Source: Eledone cirrhosa (Eukaryota). Taken from it: 64,000 nt of DNA. Positions 1 through 13,973 of this stretch are shown here, one piece after another. Location: assembly GCA_964016885.1 (NCBI GenBank), contig OZ024741.1, positions 310,000,001 to 310,064,000 on the forward strand. The letters are read 5' to 3'. The notes beneath the pieces were generated by a model. It was not told where the DNA came from and searched no databases. It saw nothing but the letters and a program-made list of their open reading frames with translations. The translations under genes and the position numbers were made by a program. Every line of letters begins with the position of its first letter. Position 1 is the first letter of the stretch.

Positions 1-244
1 TTATGTGCGCCAGTATATACACACGCGCACGCATACGAGTAGAGTGAAATGCAGATATTAAAAGATAGCATGTTTCTTGTAAAAATACACATACATACAA
101 ATAAATATGCAACTGGTTCAGCTATCTGAATATGTCTTGACCGTACTCCGTCCACACATCAGAAACGATTGTTGTTTACACGGAGATCAGCAGTAATAGA
201 ATTGATCCTCTTTTACTCAAGCATATCTAGAATTACATCATCTT

Positions 245-355
245 TTCGTAGGTTTTGATTTCAAGGTAATTTGGCTGCTACTTCTAACAAATACCACAAC
301 TACATTAACCCCTGTGTCGTTCCTCAATATTTTCAAGGCCGCTGGTTTTATTTCT

Positions 356-435
<80 letters not shown>

Positions 436-1163
436 ATCGTGTGTGTGTGTGTGTGTGTGTGGAGAGAGAGAGAGAGATATATTGGTGGTAACCCATCATG
501 ACCACAACCCATGGACTGGAAGAGGCAGTGGGTCGTTGGACCTTTTAAAAATAACGCCCAGATCAACCCTAAAATTATATTGGATAATGTAATTTCTAAA
601 TAATTTATTTCCATAAAGACGAAGTAGACGTGGCTAGAACCCTATTGTCTTAAATTAGGGAGAGTACACAATAGAACGTGTTACTGAAGAAATAGAGATG
701 ATAGTCATGGCTATAATGCCTTTGAATCGATCAGGGTTTATTTAGGGACTGTGTGTGAGAGAGACAGATGTGGAAAAGGAAGAGGAGTGGCGGTAAAGTT
801 ACTACACGATGGATTCTCCTAACAAATGCCCTCCCGCCGCCACACATTTCCAATAAGATCAACATTCACAACTATAAATGCGACAAACGATGATGACGTA
901 GCAACGCCAACAAGTGTATATGTGTATGCGTGTGTGTTGCGTGTGAAGAAAGGGACCTTTCTCCCTTCACGCATTTATATTTATTTCTGTTTTTCAGAAG
1001 GGAGATGAGGAAAACGGGAAACAAATTATAAACGTCATATCATACTAAAATATGCAGAACTCAATATTGGTTTTGAATTTAAAATATTTATCAATGGTGG
1101 CTGTTTACTTCAAAGTTTCGCCGGTAGTGGCTTCCAAAAACAATTACAGACACAGTTTGGATG

Positions 1164-1217
<54 letters not shown>

Positions 1218-2850
1218 CTGGGTCTATATAAATAATGTGTATGTGTGTCTATTTATATATATAACGGGGTGTTACTACTTATGGGGAATACAACAGTGCA
1301 AAGAAGTAATATAATACAGCTCAAATCGATACACAAATAAAATGGTTACAAATACAGACGTGTTTGTGTAGGTCGTCTATTCGGTGATATGTATATATGT
1401 GTGCGTGTACATTTGCGTATCTCCTTACTTTTATAGTAACCTACATACGTACGTTGTGTGGGTAATTATAGGAACTATAGATTGACATTTGCTCTATGTT
1501 ATATTGAAATATATATTATCCGACTGTTGAGGTGTATTATATTACTTTTATATAGTTGCATCCACCATAATTAGTAACAACCTCATTATATATAGAGAGA
1601 GGAGGAGAGGCAGCGAACTAACAAGAAAACGTTTACATGGTCGTAAACAAATAGCAGGTAAATCTCCCTAAAATCATTCCCTACCAACTTCATAAAATAA
1701 TAAAAGACATCTTCGACAATCCGAGTTACTCATGAGTGAATAAAATACGGGGTAATCACAATAGGAATGCGTTTTGCTCATACAATATATCTAGGACTAC
1801 ATTATGCAATGTGTATTGCTCCCTCTTTTTTCTCTTGAAGATAGTAGGGTGTGATTTAAAGATCTGACTGCTTTTTCAAGCAGATCGAGTGACTATGTCG
1901 AGTGTGGCGGTCTCGTTGGCTCGTGAATTATCAGTAACCAACAGACTACGAGATAATCAAATAACAATGAAGTAGCTATATATAAAGAGAGAGAGATATA
2001 CATATTTATATATATACTCATACACACATGTGTATAAACATATATATATCTTTGCTTTTAAACACTTGTGATACCACTATTTTAGAAACTGTGCCTCTCT
2101 CATTGTCAATCTCTTTCTCTATCTCAAGTATTTTTCGTTGGATGACAAAACATGTCAGGAGAGCAACAAATTAGTCAAAAGTACACATTCATTCACACAA
2201 CCAACGCACGCCATGTAACACTTTATTCGGGAATCAACGGCATTAGAGCTCAAAATAAAACGAAAATATCTCGTACGATTCAGCGGGTAATATACACGTT
2301 AAATAACTTTAACGTGTGTGTGTGTGAATGGAGAATGCGAAATGAATGTTAAAATATTTTCAATTTCTAAATTTGAGCTCTATTTGTCAATGATATACCA
2401 TAAATATATAAGGTTGAAAAGAAAGTCGATTCTCCGTCGGTGTCGACGATGAGTATTCGGATTGTTCGACCAACTTTACCCACTCATTGCATTAGAGAGT
2501 AAATGTCTGGGTATTCGACAAACACATATACCCTTAATGTAATCCTTGGGCGGAATCACTGTGACCCCCATCTGACAAGACTTGACCTTTGAAGTCAGGT
2601 ACAATCCACCCGTCAACCCAATTTCATTCACAAGCCTTATGTCAACCAGAGTATATGTTAAAAGATAATATGCAGTGAAGTAGAACCCGACCTGCTAGAA
2701 ATAACAGCCAAATCTCTCCAATATCACATCCTCCTGTCTTGAAGACTATAAGACACTGAAAATTGTACACGATAAAAACTGCTTAAAAACAAAGAAGCCA
2801 AAAAAAGGAGGGTGACCAAAGCTTGAACATTTCAGATATCTGCGTAATCA
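245..2850. repeat. Several highly degenerate copies of one dispersed SINE-like repeat (approx. 245-295 -, 535-740 +, 1650-1800 +, 1830-1900 -, 2688-2850 +)
   Basis: A motif like GACCTGCTAGAAATARCAGCCAAATCTCYC...ATCACAYCCT...TCTT recurs in both orientations. Similarity judged by eye; boundaries approximate. Confidence 0.5.
359..476. repeat. Compound microsatellite (CT)n-(AT)n-(GT)n-(GA)n
   Basis: Dinucleotide tracts read directly from the sequence. Confidence 0.95.
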
Positions 2851-3169
2851 GGACTGCGCAAAACCAACGAACACTCGTATTTGTTATTATTATTAAATAT
2901 TCTTAGATATATGTGGGCAAGCATACATATTTAAGGTAAGCTGCACTAGGCTTGTTCGGGCTTCATGAATAAAAGCAACTCACCAGTAAATTAGTAATTT
3001 TATAAAATTAACTAAATGAATTCAACTACTTTTTTTTTTCTTTTAGAGCAGGTCCAGACAAAACATTATTGAATACAAATGACCAAGGCACACACACGCG
3101 CGCTTTATATATATAATCACAACCTTTAAGCAAAGGACATTTTAGGCACTAACAAGATACCCAAACATC

Positions 3170-3590
3170 CTTAAATGCAACTGCACATTGAATGAATTAT
3201 CCACTACAAGAAAATTGCCTAACTAAAGAAGTAATATATAGCGCAAGTCACAACCAACAACCATAACCACACTCAATCATCCACTCCCCATATAATCCAC
3301 CTTCCTCACTTGCTACCTCTCATGCTGACACTAAACTCATAGTCATATATAGTCACACAGCACAAACACTGTTTTAACAACTCTAATAAGAGAACAGCAA
3401 CATCCATATCAGAACATATATGGTCATTAAAATCCTCGAAAACTCCATATAAAAGCTGATACGCGACACTAAAAAAGGTATATCCTGCAAACTCTGCACC
3501 ACAGAAATATACAAAATCCTCTCTTCCAAATTAAAATTATTTAAACATTCTGAATTGATATCTTCCTGCAAATACTAGACATAGAGAACT
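3170..3590 (+). pseudogene. Degenerate Penelope-like element GIY-YIG endonuclease remnant
   Basis: Manual translation across frameshifts gives KCNC...YPLQENCLTKEVIY...QHKHCFNNSNKRTATSISEHIWSLK...CKLCTTEIYKIL...SELISSC. This matches the PLE C-terminal pattern CxC..CPL..CL...VIY / H..SF..T.LS.(Y/H)IW.LK / C.LC..E. Confidence 0.7.
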
Positions 3591-4121
3591 AGAAAATACT
3601 ATAACCCAATAAACTTTATAATTAGGTAAGTTCCCTGTACATAAATAATAAACTCAAAATATACTGCTACCATTAAACACAAGCTTCTGCTTCTATATAT
3701 CTGGACATTTTGCACTGGCTACTGACCATTTATATTATTCTTTTTTTATTTTATCTTTTAAATTAATCTGTACAGTTTCTATATTTGCATGTCATGCTTA
3801 GTAGAATATTTTTTGTGTGTAAGTTTGTCCTACATGTATTTATGTAGGCATGTGTGTATATATGTATTGATGTACACATGGATACACATATTTTGTGTTT
3901 ACTTACATACACACATTTCTGTAATTCTAATACAAACATCAACCTATGTAAATACACATGAGGATACAAATACAAACATATATAGTTTCGAGTATATCTG
4001 CCAACTTATGTATCCATTGGGCGGTACATTTAGTGTGTATATGTGTATTCTTTATAAACATGTATGTGTGCACATCTATATAAATGCTTTTGGTGCTTAT
4101 ATTTGCATGGGAGTATGTGTA

Positions 4122-4171
<50 letters not shown>

Positions 4172-4176
<5 letters not shown>

Positions 4177-4340
4177 GTGATTCCACTATACCTTTTGTGT
4201 ACCCACAGTTTACATTGGAATTCGTACTTACTCCTGTGCATACCAGGCATGACCATTTCCCTGGTGGTAGCAGAGTTATGTCTTCTTTCTTAAACCCTGA
4301 AACTTTAGTCCTTTGCTCCGTTCACTGAGATTCAATCTTG
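4172..4340 (-). mobile_element. Old RTE ORF fragment (PHD-finger region)
   Basis: Minus strand reads TKV...LPPGKWSCLVC...CKLWVHKRYSGIT, homologous to PSGKWSCSVC...CKVWVHKRCSGIT of the intact RTE copies. Confidence 0.75.
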
Positions 4341-4571
4341 CGTTTTGTTTTTATTTCTGTAATTTTTCTAAGTTTTCCACAGTTATAAGTACTAAATCTT
4401 TATCACAAACAACCCATTTTGACCAGATAACTATTGACTTCAATCGCTGGACTCTGTTTTGCAGTTATATGGGGATAGTCTCTCTTACTCAAACACATTC
4501 ACCACATCAAACAACCTCACATAACATTTGTAAGCCTCTTTCTGTGTATGTGTGTGTATATATATAAGTAT

Positions 4572-4960
4572 TATCATCATCATCATCATCATCATCGTTT
4601 AACGTCCATCTTCCACGCTTGCATGGGTTTGGACGGGAGTTTTCCCACTTGAGGCAAGAGTGGTTGTCTTGCTCGCATAGGACTGTCTGGCGGGTTTTCT
4701 ACGGCTGGATGCCCTTCCTAACACCAACCACGTTTACAGTGTGGACTCGGGGGTTTTTACCGTGTTACCTACACGGCCACATTACAGCGTGGACTGTTTT
4801 TTTTGTCGTGACACCTACACGACCTCATTTGTTTCGGACTGGATGTTGTGGTACCAACATAACTTTACATTGAAAGGGGTGGTGTGGGGGTAGTGGGACG
4901 GGGTGTATTTTGTTAGAGGTGCCTACTGACTGTAGTAGGTTTCACTTTGTACTTAGGTAA
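4572..4960 (-). mobile_element. RTE family B 3' UTR (5'-truncated copy) with (GAT)n tail
   Basis: Closely similar to 46852-47255 and 54211-54580; (CAT)n on the + strand abuts AT repeat. Confidence 0.9.
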
Positions 4961-5015
4961 AAGGTAAACAGAAATAACAAAACAAATGGCACGGTACATT
5001 GAAGAAATATATTAG

Positions 5016-5060
<45 letters not shown>

Positions 5061-5589
5061 TCTCGTGTGTGTGTCTGTATAATCATATATCTGTCATACA
5101 CAGGATGACCATGTTTAACTCTTTTCAGTTGTAAAAAAGTGGACAGAGGCAGTGATGAGAAATTGAACCCTATACTTCATGAGTACTTTTGCCCAATGGT
5201 CAGTGCATGGGGATACCAACATTTACACACACACACACATATATATATATACACATGGAAAGACCCATCTCTTTTAATGGGTTTCTATACATAAAGCTAA
5301 AATTCCCTGGCAATAGCTTCAACGGGAAAAAATACAATTAAACTAACAACATTAAAAACTGGTGATGAAGTATATAATATACACCCACATTATATACACA
5401 CATACACAGTATTTAAATAAATAGACAGTGAAAGGATACAAATACACTGATATAAGTTAATTAGTTAAACAGCTAAGGCATATAGTAAAATGGGTGTGTA
5501 CACAACATAATCAGTTATTATTTGACTTTATATTTACATACACATACATTACATATTTTATATACACAGCCACTAATATATATATATAT

Positions 5590-5642
5590 AACTTTGATAG
5601 ATTTTGGTCAGTATTGGCCCAGGCCATGTCTAACTTAATAGT
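5590..5642 (-). mobile_element. Extreme 3' tip of CR1-group family a
   Basis: CAGTATTGGCCCAGGCCATGTCTAACTTAATAG is the reverse complement of 53959-53991; flanked by (AT)n. Confidence 0.8.
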
Positions 5643-6044
5643 ATATATATACCCACACACACAAATATAGGCATTTTTAAGTTAGTCTGTCTCAGCCTGA
5701 GAGGTTCATCAGGCTGATGTTTATCACAGTTTCAATGGTGATAAGCAACTGTAAATACACTAGTCCATCACAGAGTTAAATGCTTTTGATATGAAACTGG
5801 CTGAAACCGCCCATAGTTCTACAATACAAAACTGCTTGTTTTAAAGCGTTTATATTTTTCTAACAAAAAAAATTATAATTTTATGTAAAAACCTTTGTTA
5901 AGTTATGTTCCAAAGACCAGTTTAATAATAAGAAAGTTATATTACTAAATCCATCCAAATTACTAATTATTTGAAAATTATAGGCAATGCTTTGCATTAG
6001 AAATATGGTAACGAAAGGTTTGAGACAAAACTGTTGCTGGGCCC

Positions 6045-6186
6045 CATTTTATTCAACTGAGTGAAATGGAGCAACGTGAAACAATGTCTTGCTCAAAAAC
6101 TCATCATGTTAACTAGCCCAAGATCCGAACCTACAACCATATAATTGTGGGTCCAACACCCTAACTGCTATGCCATGTGCCTTCAC
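6045..6186 (-). mobile_element. tRNA-derived SINE (degenerate)
   Basis: Minus strand GTGAAGGCACATGGCATAGCAGTTAGGGTG...GGTTCGGATC has Pol III A- and B-box-like motifs followed by a SINE body. Confidence 0.65.
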
Positions 6187-6449
6187 ATATAAGCATTGTA
6201 ATGTACATGAATACAAATATACATGTCATTTTTATGTTGGTTTTCTTATGTGCTCGTGTTGGACAAGATCCTTTTCTGGTACGTTCTCTATGGTTAAATG
6301 TCCTTCCTGACACCAACCTAAACCTAATTCTAAGTATAGCATATGCTATTGGGTAATTTGTCAATGTGCCATGCTGAAGGACAAGATTTATAAATGGTAT
6401 TGATATGTTTGTGGCAACTTGCACACACAGACACACGCACATATATAAT

Positions 6450-6715
6450 CATCATTATCACCATTTTTCCATGCTAGCATGGTTTAGACGAGTTGTCCTG
6501 CTGTGAGACAAGCCAGATCAAATGACTATGTCTTGCTCATACAGAACTGTTTCTGGGTTGGTTTCTATGGCTGGATACTTATCCTAATGCCAACCACATT
6601 TACAGTTGGACTGGGTGACCTACACAACCACTTTACAGTATTGACTGCATATATATATATCATCATTCTCCATCTGCATTCTGTGATAGCAAGGAAAACG
6701 GATGTTAAATGATGA
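6450..6715. mobile_element. Degenerate RTE 3' UTR fragments
   Basis: CATCAT...TTCCATGCTAGCATGG...GGCTGGAT..CCTAATGCCAACCACATTTACAG resembles the RTE 3' UTR (-). A short + strand tail ends in GATGATG at ~6715. Confidence 0.6.
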
Positions 6716-6724
6716 TGCTTATGA

Positions 6725-6852
6725 TATGATGGACTTCTATATAGTTTTTGTCAACCAAATTCACTCGCAACACATTGGTCTGACTGTAAGATTGAATCTG
6801 AAACCATGAGGTTCGAAAGCAAACTTCTTAACTACAGTTATGTTTGTACCTC
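6725..6852 (-). mobile_element. tRNA-derived SINE fragment (degenerate)
   Basis: Weak A- and B-box-like head on the minus strand; resembles a common octopus SINE by recollection only. Confidence 0.45.
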
Positions 6853-7169
6853 TTTGTATATATATGTATAAATTTGTGGTTACTGTGAAGATTAGGAAAC
6901 TCAGTAACAATAGAGGAAACCCTTCAGTAAATTACATTGAACTCTTTATCATGGCTGATAATTCTAATGGACAGCACTTTAATTGGTTGTAGATTCATAG
7001 AGGTTCTAGTTGACTCTAATGGCAGGAGAGAAGAGGAACTGAGGCTCATAACACAATGGAAAACTGGGAGTTTCTATGAGACTATCTGCAAAATGTTTCA
7101 TATCAGATTTGTGACTAGTGCAAAGTTCCAACCAAATAGAAAGTGCCATAGTTGTGAAACAGTACTGTA

Positions 7170-8230
7170 CATAATCATAAAAGCAAAGAGACAGGCTTGG
7201 AAAGGCTGAAAGGAAGAGAGAGCAACAACAACTAATACCAATAACTAGAAGAGAAGTAAAAAATAAGGGTGTTGAACATGTTCTACGTTATGAGAATCAG
7301 AGGCGTAAAGTTTCTCAGATTGCAATACAGCGTGCTAGGAAAAAACAGACAAAATTCAAGGGAAATGCATGCAGGTTGATAGTGGTGCACTTGCCATAAC
7401 TAACGTTGAAAAGGATGAAGCATAGAGTGTTGAAAGAGGAAAATGTAAGTAAAAGAAAGTTAGATCCAACAGAAGAATAAGTTGACAGCAATATAGTTGA
7501 TAGTATGATAGCAGGAATGGCAGTTGACCATCAGGTATAAGTGCTGTGATGTTGAAAATATCTGGTGAGGATGGTGCTATACCTAAGGACTGGTGTAGCA
7601 GTATCACCATCAACTGCTACAAGAGCAAAGATATGCTAGAGTGAGGTAACTACAGAGACATCAAGTTGATGATGAACCAGGTTAGAAAAGTTACTGAAAT
7701 AATTATAGAAGTGATTAAGAAAAGAATCAGCCTAAATGAGATATGGTTTGGCTTTGTGTCAGAAGGAAGTACTACCAATGCCCCCTCCCAAGTGAGACAA
7801 TTGCAGGAGAAATACTTAATGAAAAGAAAGGCGCTGTATCTAGCATTCATCAACCTGGAAAAGGCATTTTACGCTCTGTAATCTGGTGTTCACAAAGGAA
7901 ACTAGGAGAAACATACAAAGTGAGAGTTAGCAATAAGTACAGTGAAGAATTTAGCATGCAGCAAGGGGTTCACCAGAGCTTAGTCCACAGTCCCCTTGTG
8001 TTTATCATAATCCTCTAAACCATATCAGGAACCTCTGTATCTCTATGTTTATAGCAGAAGCTATAGTATATTTAAAGATAAAATTCCAGACATTGAAGAA
8101 ACCCCTAAAATAGAAAGGCTTCAAAATAAACAGCAAAAATTAAAGGTTTAATAAGTGGGAACAAAGTCAGAACTCTGGTACCTGTTTGATATGCAGAAAA
8201 AGAGTAGCAAGGAATTCCATGTGGTGAATA
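7170..8230 (+). pseudogene. Old, heavily disrupted RTE reverse transcriptase fragment
   Basis: KAKRQAWK, EIWFGFVSEGSTTNA..VRQLQEKYL..LYLAFINLEKAF and YSEEFSMQQGVHQ align to the intact RTE ORFs; many stops and frameshifts. Confidence 0.85.
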
Positions 8231-8924
8231 TAAATGAAATGCAGCATCACGTTTAGCCACCCAGTAGACTACTCTGGTCGGATGCAAGAAATTTAAGTGT
8301 CTGCACATAATTATATCCAGATTAAAAGAAGTGCCAAACCATATCTTGCTACAAAATCAGTGGTAAACATACATATATATATATATATATTACACCCACA
8401 GCATCACAAATAGAGGCCATCCATGCATATGGCAACACAGATATTCTCAGCCAGTCACAATTCCAATGGCAGACACTTTGATCCAAATCTTTAATTGTGT
8501 AGAGTTGTAGAATGTTTGTATTAAGTTCAGCAGGCAGCACATCTGTGAACATAATATCCCAGAGTGTGCTGTGGCTGACAATCAAAGGCTGCTTTAACAT
8601 TGACAAAATGGCCAATGGTTTGCTGCTAGTAGATCTAGCATTATTCTAGAACCTTTCTCAATGTAAATCTGTGTAGCTTCAGCCCTGATGAAAACCTCAC
8701 TGATTTAGTCAGATGCATTGAGTACTCTCATGTTCAAATTTTTGTAAAAGTATGGTGAATATCTTGGCCACAATATCTATCAAAGTCCCAGTAATTACTG
8801 CAACGGCACTTATCACATAGATTGGCCACAGTCTAATGAGTGAAACCAGTAAAAGATATATATATATTATACATGCACACATATATATACAAGTATATAC
8901 ATATATTATATATATTAGATAGAT

Positions 8925-9660
8925 GCACATCAGGGTTCAGTCCACAGCCCACATCTGTTTATTATACTCTTCCAGGTCATAACAGAGGAGTTTTAAGACT
9001 AGATGTCCATAGAAACCTCTGTATTCAGCTGATCTGATTCTTATAACTAACTCCGTGGAAGAACTAGAATAGATTTCAGCTGTGAAAACAGAACAAAAGG
9101 GCTGAGAGTAAACTTAGCAAAAACGAAAGTGTTAATAAGCAGGAAAGACAGGGCTCTGTTCAATATGTAGGAAAGGAGTAGGCATAAATTCTAAACAATG
9201 TACACAATACAAATCTTGGATATATAATACATGTGGTGGGATAGCAAACATACTAACAGAAAAGGAGGACATAGTATGCAGTGGATGATCAGGGACAATT
9301 AATAGAAAGAGCACTAGTGATATAAACCTTTCCCAATCACAGTTAAGATCCATAGAAGCTACCAAGGTGATATGATTAACAATGGAGGAAGGTGCTTTGA
9401 GAGCATAGTAGCTAGAATAAGGACAAAATGGAAGAGGTTTAGAGAGCTAAATGGTCGCCTGTGTGCAAAGTGAGATGCTTCACATGGTAGTGCGACATGA
9501 GCAGTGAACGCAGGGGATATGTGACAGCTGTAGAGAAATGAAGCAATCATGGATGAACTGAGAAAGAAGCTAGGTATAAGAGGAATCAGCTGTAGTGTGC
9601 AAGAGAGATGACTGTGATGTGCATGGATGATGTTTGCCGAGTGAGGAAGTGCCAAGGAAT
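8925..9660 (+). pseudogene. Old RTE RT C-terminal fragment
   Basis: Remnants of HQGS, EEFKT.CP, CSICRKGVGINS, GGRCFESIVARIRT and ELRKKLGIRGISCSVQER. Confidence 0.8.
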
Positions 9661-9719
9661 CCCAGTGAAGGAATGCTGCAAAACAGGAAGGCCAGGGCAG
9701 AGGTGGTAAGAAACTGAGA

Positions 9720-10720
9720 ACCAGAAAGGACATTTGGCTGCTTGAGAGAAAGCCCAAAGGGCAGTTACCTCAGGTTTGACTCCCCTCCAAACAAGTGCTT
9801 TTGTGTTTTCTCTACCATCACATCAAACACGGGAAGACAATTTCAGTTGTTGTAAAGAATATTAGCTAAAAGATCAAGGAAGTGTGGGGGAAAGCAAATA
9901 CCCCTACTAAGAGGGGGAAAAATCCACACTTTAATCAAGAAATTGTATATAAGGAAGCAATTGCTCAGTGTGAGATTTGGAAAGGTGATCTTGAGGAAAT
10001 TTTTGAAATTACAAGTCAGGATGTTCTCGAACAAAAGGATGTCCCATCTGAAGACAAAGCTTTCCTTGAGATACAGTGGAAAGATTGGATGTCTTCCTTT
10101 TTGGCAGGTGTTAATGTGAGAGCCATTCAGAAGAAGAAAAAGTAGATTTGTGATATTAAAGTAAGAAAGAGAGAGCAGTAAGAAGCAGTAAAGAAGATGT
10201 CTGAGAAAGTAGCGCTTGAAAGTTTGTCCTCCAGCTCAGCTATTAATGACGATGATGATGAACTCTTCAAATCAGCACCACCCCTCAAAAAAATCACTGC
10301 AAATAGAGCAGACTCTTGATGCCACATGGGAATGGGAGAAACTATTGGTATGACAAGCCAGTACTTCTGAAATTGCAATTACAAAGGGTATTGGTCATAA
10401 TCTGTCAAAACTCAAGTTTCTCCCCTCAAATGTTTATTGTGCAAGAAGTCGCTGTGAAAAAATGGCTCAGGAAATTCCCACCAGAAGACAGATCCTGGCT
10501 AGTCCCTCCAATGGGATAGAGAATTATTACCATCAGTTTCCCAATCCAGCACACTAGAATATTGGATTGCAGTTTTAATTACAGGAAAAAGAAAGGAGGA
10601 GCTCTTTGGCATTCCAATTACAAGAGATGGAACCAAAAACAAATCACTGAAGTTATTTTGAAGGAAATTCAACAAAAAATAATTGGTATACCCTTCAATA
10701 CTACAAGTAACTCGCATGCA
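9720..10720 (+). pseudogene. Degenerate DNA transposase, hAT-superfamily (hATm-like)
   Basis: Manual translation gives LPSKQVL..., VWGKANTPT, LEEIFEI...EDKAFLEIQ and LQWDRELLP...IAVLITG..EELFGIP...GT. These follow the LPS..QVL / W.KA.IPT / LFDI..ED..FL..Q / HWDGK.LP..L.VL..G..LLG.P...GTG motif order recalled for this family. No TIRs identified. Confidence 0.6.
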
Positions 10721-10983
10721 CTGAAGAGCTAATGCAAAATCCCTTTTCTGGCAGTCTTGCCACTATCACCTCTCCTTGTCCTCCTCCTCTTTCAATCTTT
10801 TCTGAATTTCATCAGCCTGTCACCCACCTTGTGGATTGTCTCTCTGTTGGCCACTGGTCTGTCATCTGAGACATTTTTGCCCATCTCTGTCTTCGACAGC
10901 ATTTAGCTGTTTTAATGATGAGTTCTGTTCTAGTGATGAGTTTTCTTATATATATATATGTGTGTGTATATATAAATATATCC

Positions 10984-11282
10984 TCGTCGTTTTTACATCC
11001 ACATTTCCATGCTTGCATGGGTTGGTCAGCTCCTTCTCAGCATGGCATCACTCCACATGTCACAACCCTTTGTTATTACCTCTGAGTTTCAATGATTTGA
11101 GGTCAGCTCTCACAGCCTCTGTCAAACAATTATTGTCCATGCGCATTACATGTCCAAACCAATGCAGTCTTCTCTCCTGTACATTACCTCGAATTCCTCT
11201 AAAACCCAGTTTCTCCTTCAACTCATCCACGCTTTGCCTCTCTCTTTCACACTCAGCATGGATATCCTTCCTAACACCAATA
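10984..11282 (-). mobile_element. Older RTE 3' fragment
   Basis: ERQSVDELKEKLGFRGIRGNVQERRLHWFGHVMRM plus the CCATGCAAGCATGGAA 3' UTR end. Confidence 0.85.
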
Positions 11283-11389
11283 TACATATATGGCGCCATA
11301 TTGACATATAGCATTTCTTGGACATTTGAAGCCTGGTGGAGCCCATCCCTCTACAGGTCTGCGTACAGCAGATTTCTTCCAGAGAGAGA

Positions 11390-11542
11390 AAAGATCAGCC
11401 CCAGTACTAGACAGGTACTTCTTTTTATGAACCTCGACAGGATAAATAGCAAAGTTGACCTGGGCAGAATTTGAACTCAGAGAGCCAGAACGAATACCAT
11501 AAAGCATTCTATCTGACATTCTAACTGCAAATTCACTGCCTT
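11390..11542 (-). mobile_element. tRNA-derived SINE (degenerate)
   Basis: B-box GAGTTCAAATTC on the minus strand followed by a GGTCAACTTTGCTATTTATCC...AAGTACC SINE body. Confidence 0.65.
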
Positions 11543-12252
11543 ATATAGATATATACATATATAAATATATACACATACGTGTATATATATATACACACAT
11601 ACATATACACACATACATACATATACACATACGTGTATATATATATACACACATACATACATATACACATACATATATATATATATACACACATATGCAT
11701 ATACACATACATATATATATATATACACACATATGCATATACACATACATATATATATATATATATATACACACATACATACATACATATATATATACAC
11801 ACATATGCATATACACATACATATATATATATATATACACACATACATACATACATATATATATATATACACATACATACATATATATACATATATATAC
11901 ACACATACATATATATATACATACATACATATATATATACACAAATACATACATATACATACATATATACACACATACGTATATATATACACACACACAT
12001 ATATACACATATATACATATATACATATATATATATATACATATACACATACATATACATATATTAAATATATATATATATACACACACACATACATATA
12101 TTATATATATGTATATATATATACATACACACATATACATATATATATATACATACACACATATATATATATACACATACACACATACATATATATATAC
12201 ATACACACATATACATATATACATACACACATATACATATATATATATACAC

Positions 12253-12309
<57 letters not shown>

Positions 12310-12498
12310 CATATATATATATATATACATACACACATATACATATATATATATATACATACACACATATACATATATATACATACACACATATACATAT
12401 ATATATATATATACATACACACACATATACATATATGTATATACATACACACATACATATATATATATACATACACACATACATATATATATATACAT

Positions 12499-12529
<31 letters not shown>

Positions 12530-13218
12530 CATACAAACACATACATATACATACACACATATACACATATATATATATACATACATATATACATACATAC
12601 ACACATATATATACATACATACACACATACACATATATATATACATACATACACACATATACATATATATCTATATACATATATATATACATATACACTT
12701 ACACATACATATACATATATATATACATATACAAATATATATATACATATACATACTTATGTATATATATATATACATATACATATACATACATACATAT
12801 ATATATAAACACATACATACATACATATATATACATATATATACATATATATACACACATATATATACATACACATATACATATATATACACATATATAT
12901 ATACATATACACATATATATATATACATATACACATATATATATACATATACACATATATATATACATTTACATATATATATACATATACATATATACAT
13001 ATATATACATATATATATATATACATATACATATATACATATATATATACATATACATATATACATATATATATATACATATACATATATACATATATAT
13101 ATACATATACATATATACATATATATACATATATACATATATATATACATATACATATATACATATATATACATATATACATATATATATATGTACATAT
13201 ATACATATATATATATAC

Positions 13219-13298
<80 letters not shown>

Positions 13299-13332
13299 AC
13301 ATATATATATATACATACATATATATATATAC

Positions 13333-13397
<65 letters not shown>

Positions 13398-13408
13398 CAT
13401 ATATATAC

Positions 13409-13439
<31 letters not shown>

Positions 13440-13440
13440 C

Positions 13441-13516
<76 letters not shown>

Positions 13517-13520
13517 ATAC

Positions 13521-13561
<41 letters not shown>

Positions 13562-13566
13562 TATAC

Positions 13567-13619
<53 letters not shown>

Positions 13620-13634
13620 CATATATATACATAC

Positions 13635-13670
<36 letters not shown>

Positions 13671-13973
13671 ATACATACATATATATATATATATATACAT
13701 ACATATATATATATACATACATATATATATATACATACATATATATATACATACATATATATATACATACATATATATATATACATACATATATACATAT
13801 ATATACATATATATATACATACATATATACATATATATACATATATATATATATATACATACATATATATATATACATACATATATATATATACATATAT
13901 ATACATATATATATATATACATACATATATATATATATACATACATATATATATATACATACATATATATATA
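11543..13973. repeat. (TA)n array interrupted by CA units
   Basis: Direct reading; the overlapping ORFs are artefacts. Confidence 0.97.

Noticed and set aside
760-1165. CpG-containing segment with an acceptor-like TTTCTGTTTTTCAG at ~983-996
   Set aside because: No supportable exon or promoter without transcript data.
6045-6186. tRNA gene
   Set aside because: A- and B-box-like motifs only, no cloverleaf, and it continues into a SINE body.
8680-8712. CTGATGA motif as a possible hammerhead
   Set aside because: No stem II followed by GAAA and no stem I pairing.
8300-8840. Minus-strand coding-like stretch (ORFs 8349-8615, 8709-8930)
   Set aside because: Interrupted by stops and microsatellite with no motif I recognise; possibly an old TE, BLASTX needed.
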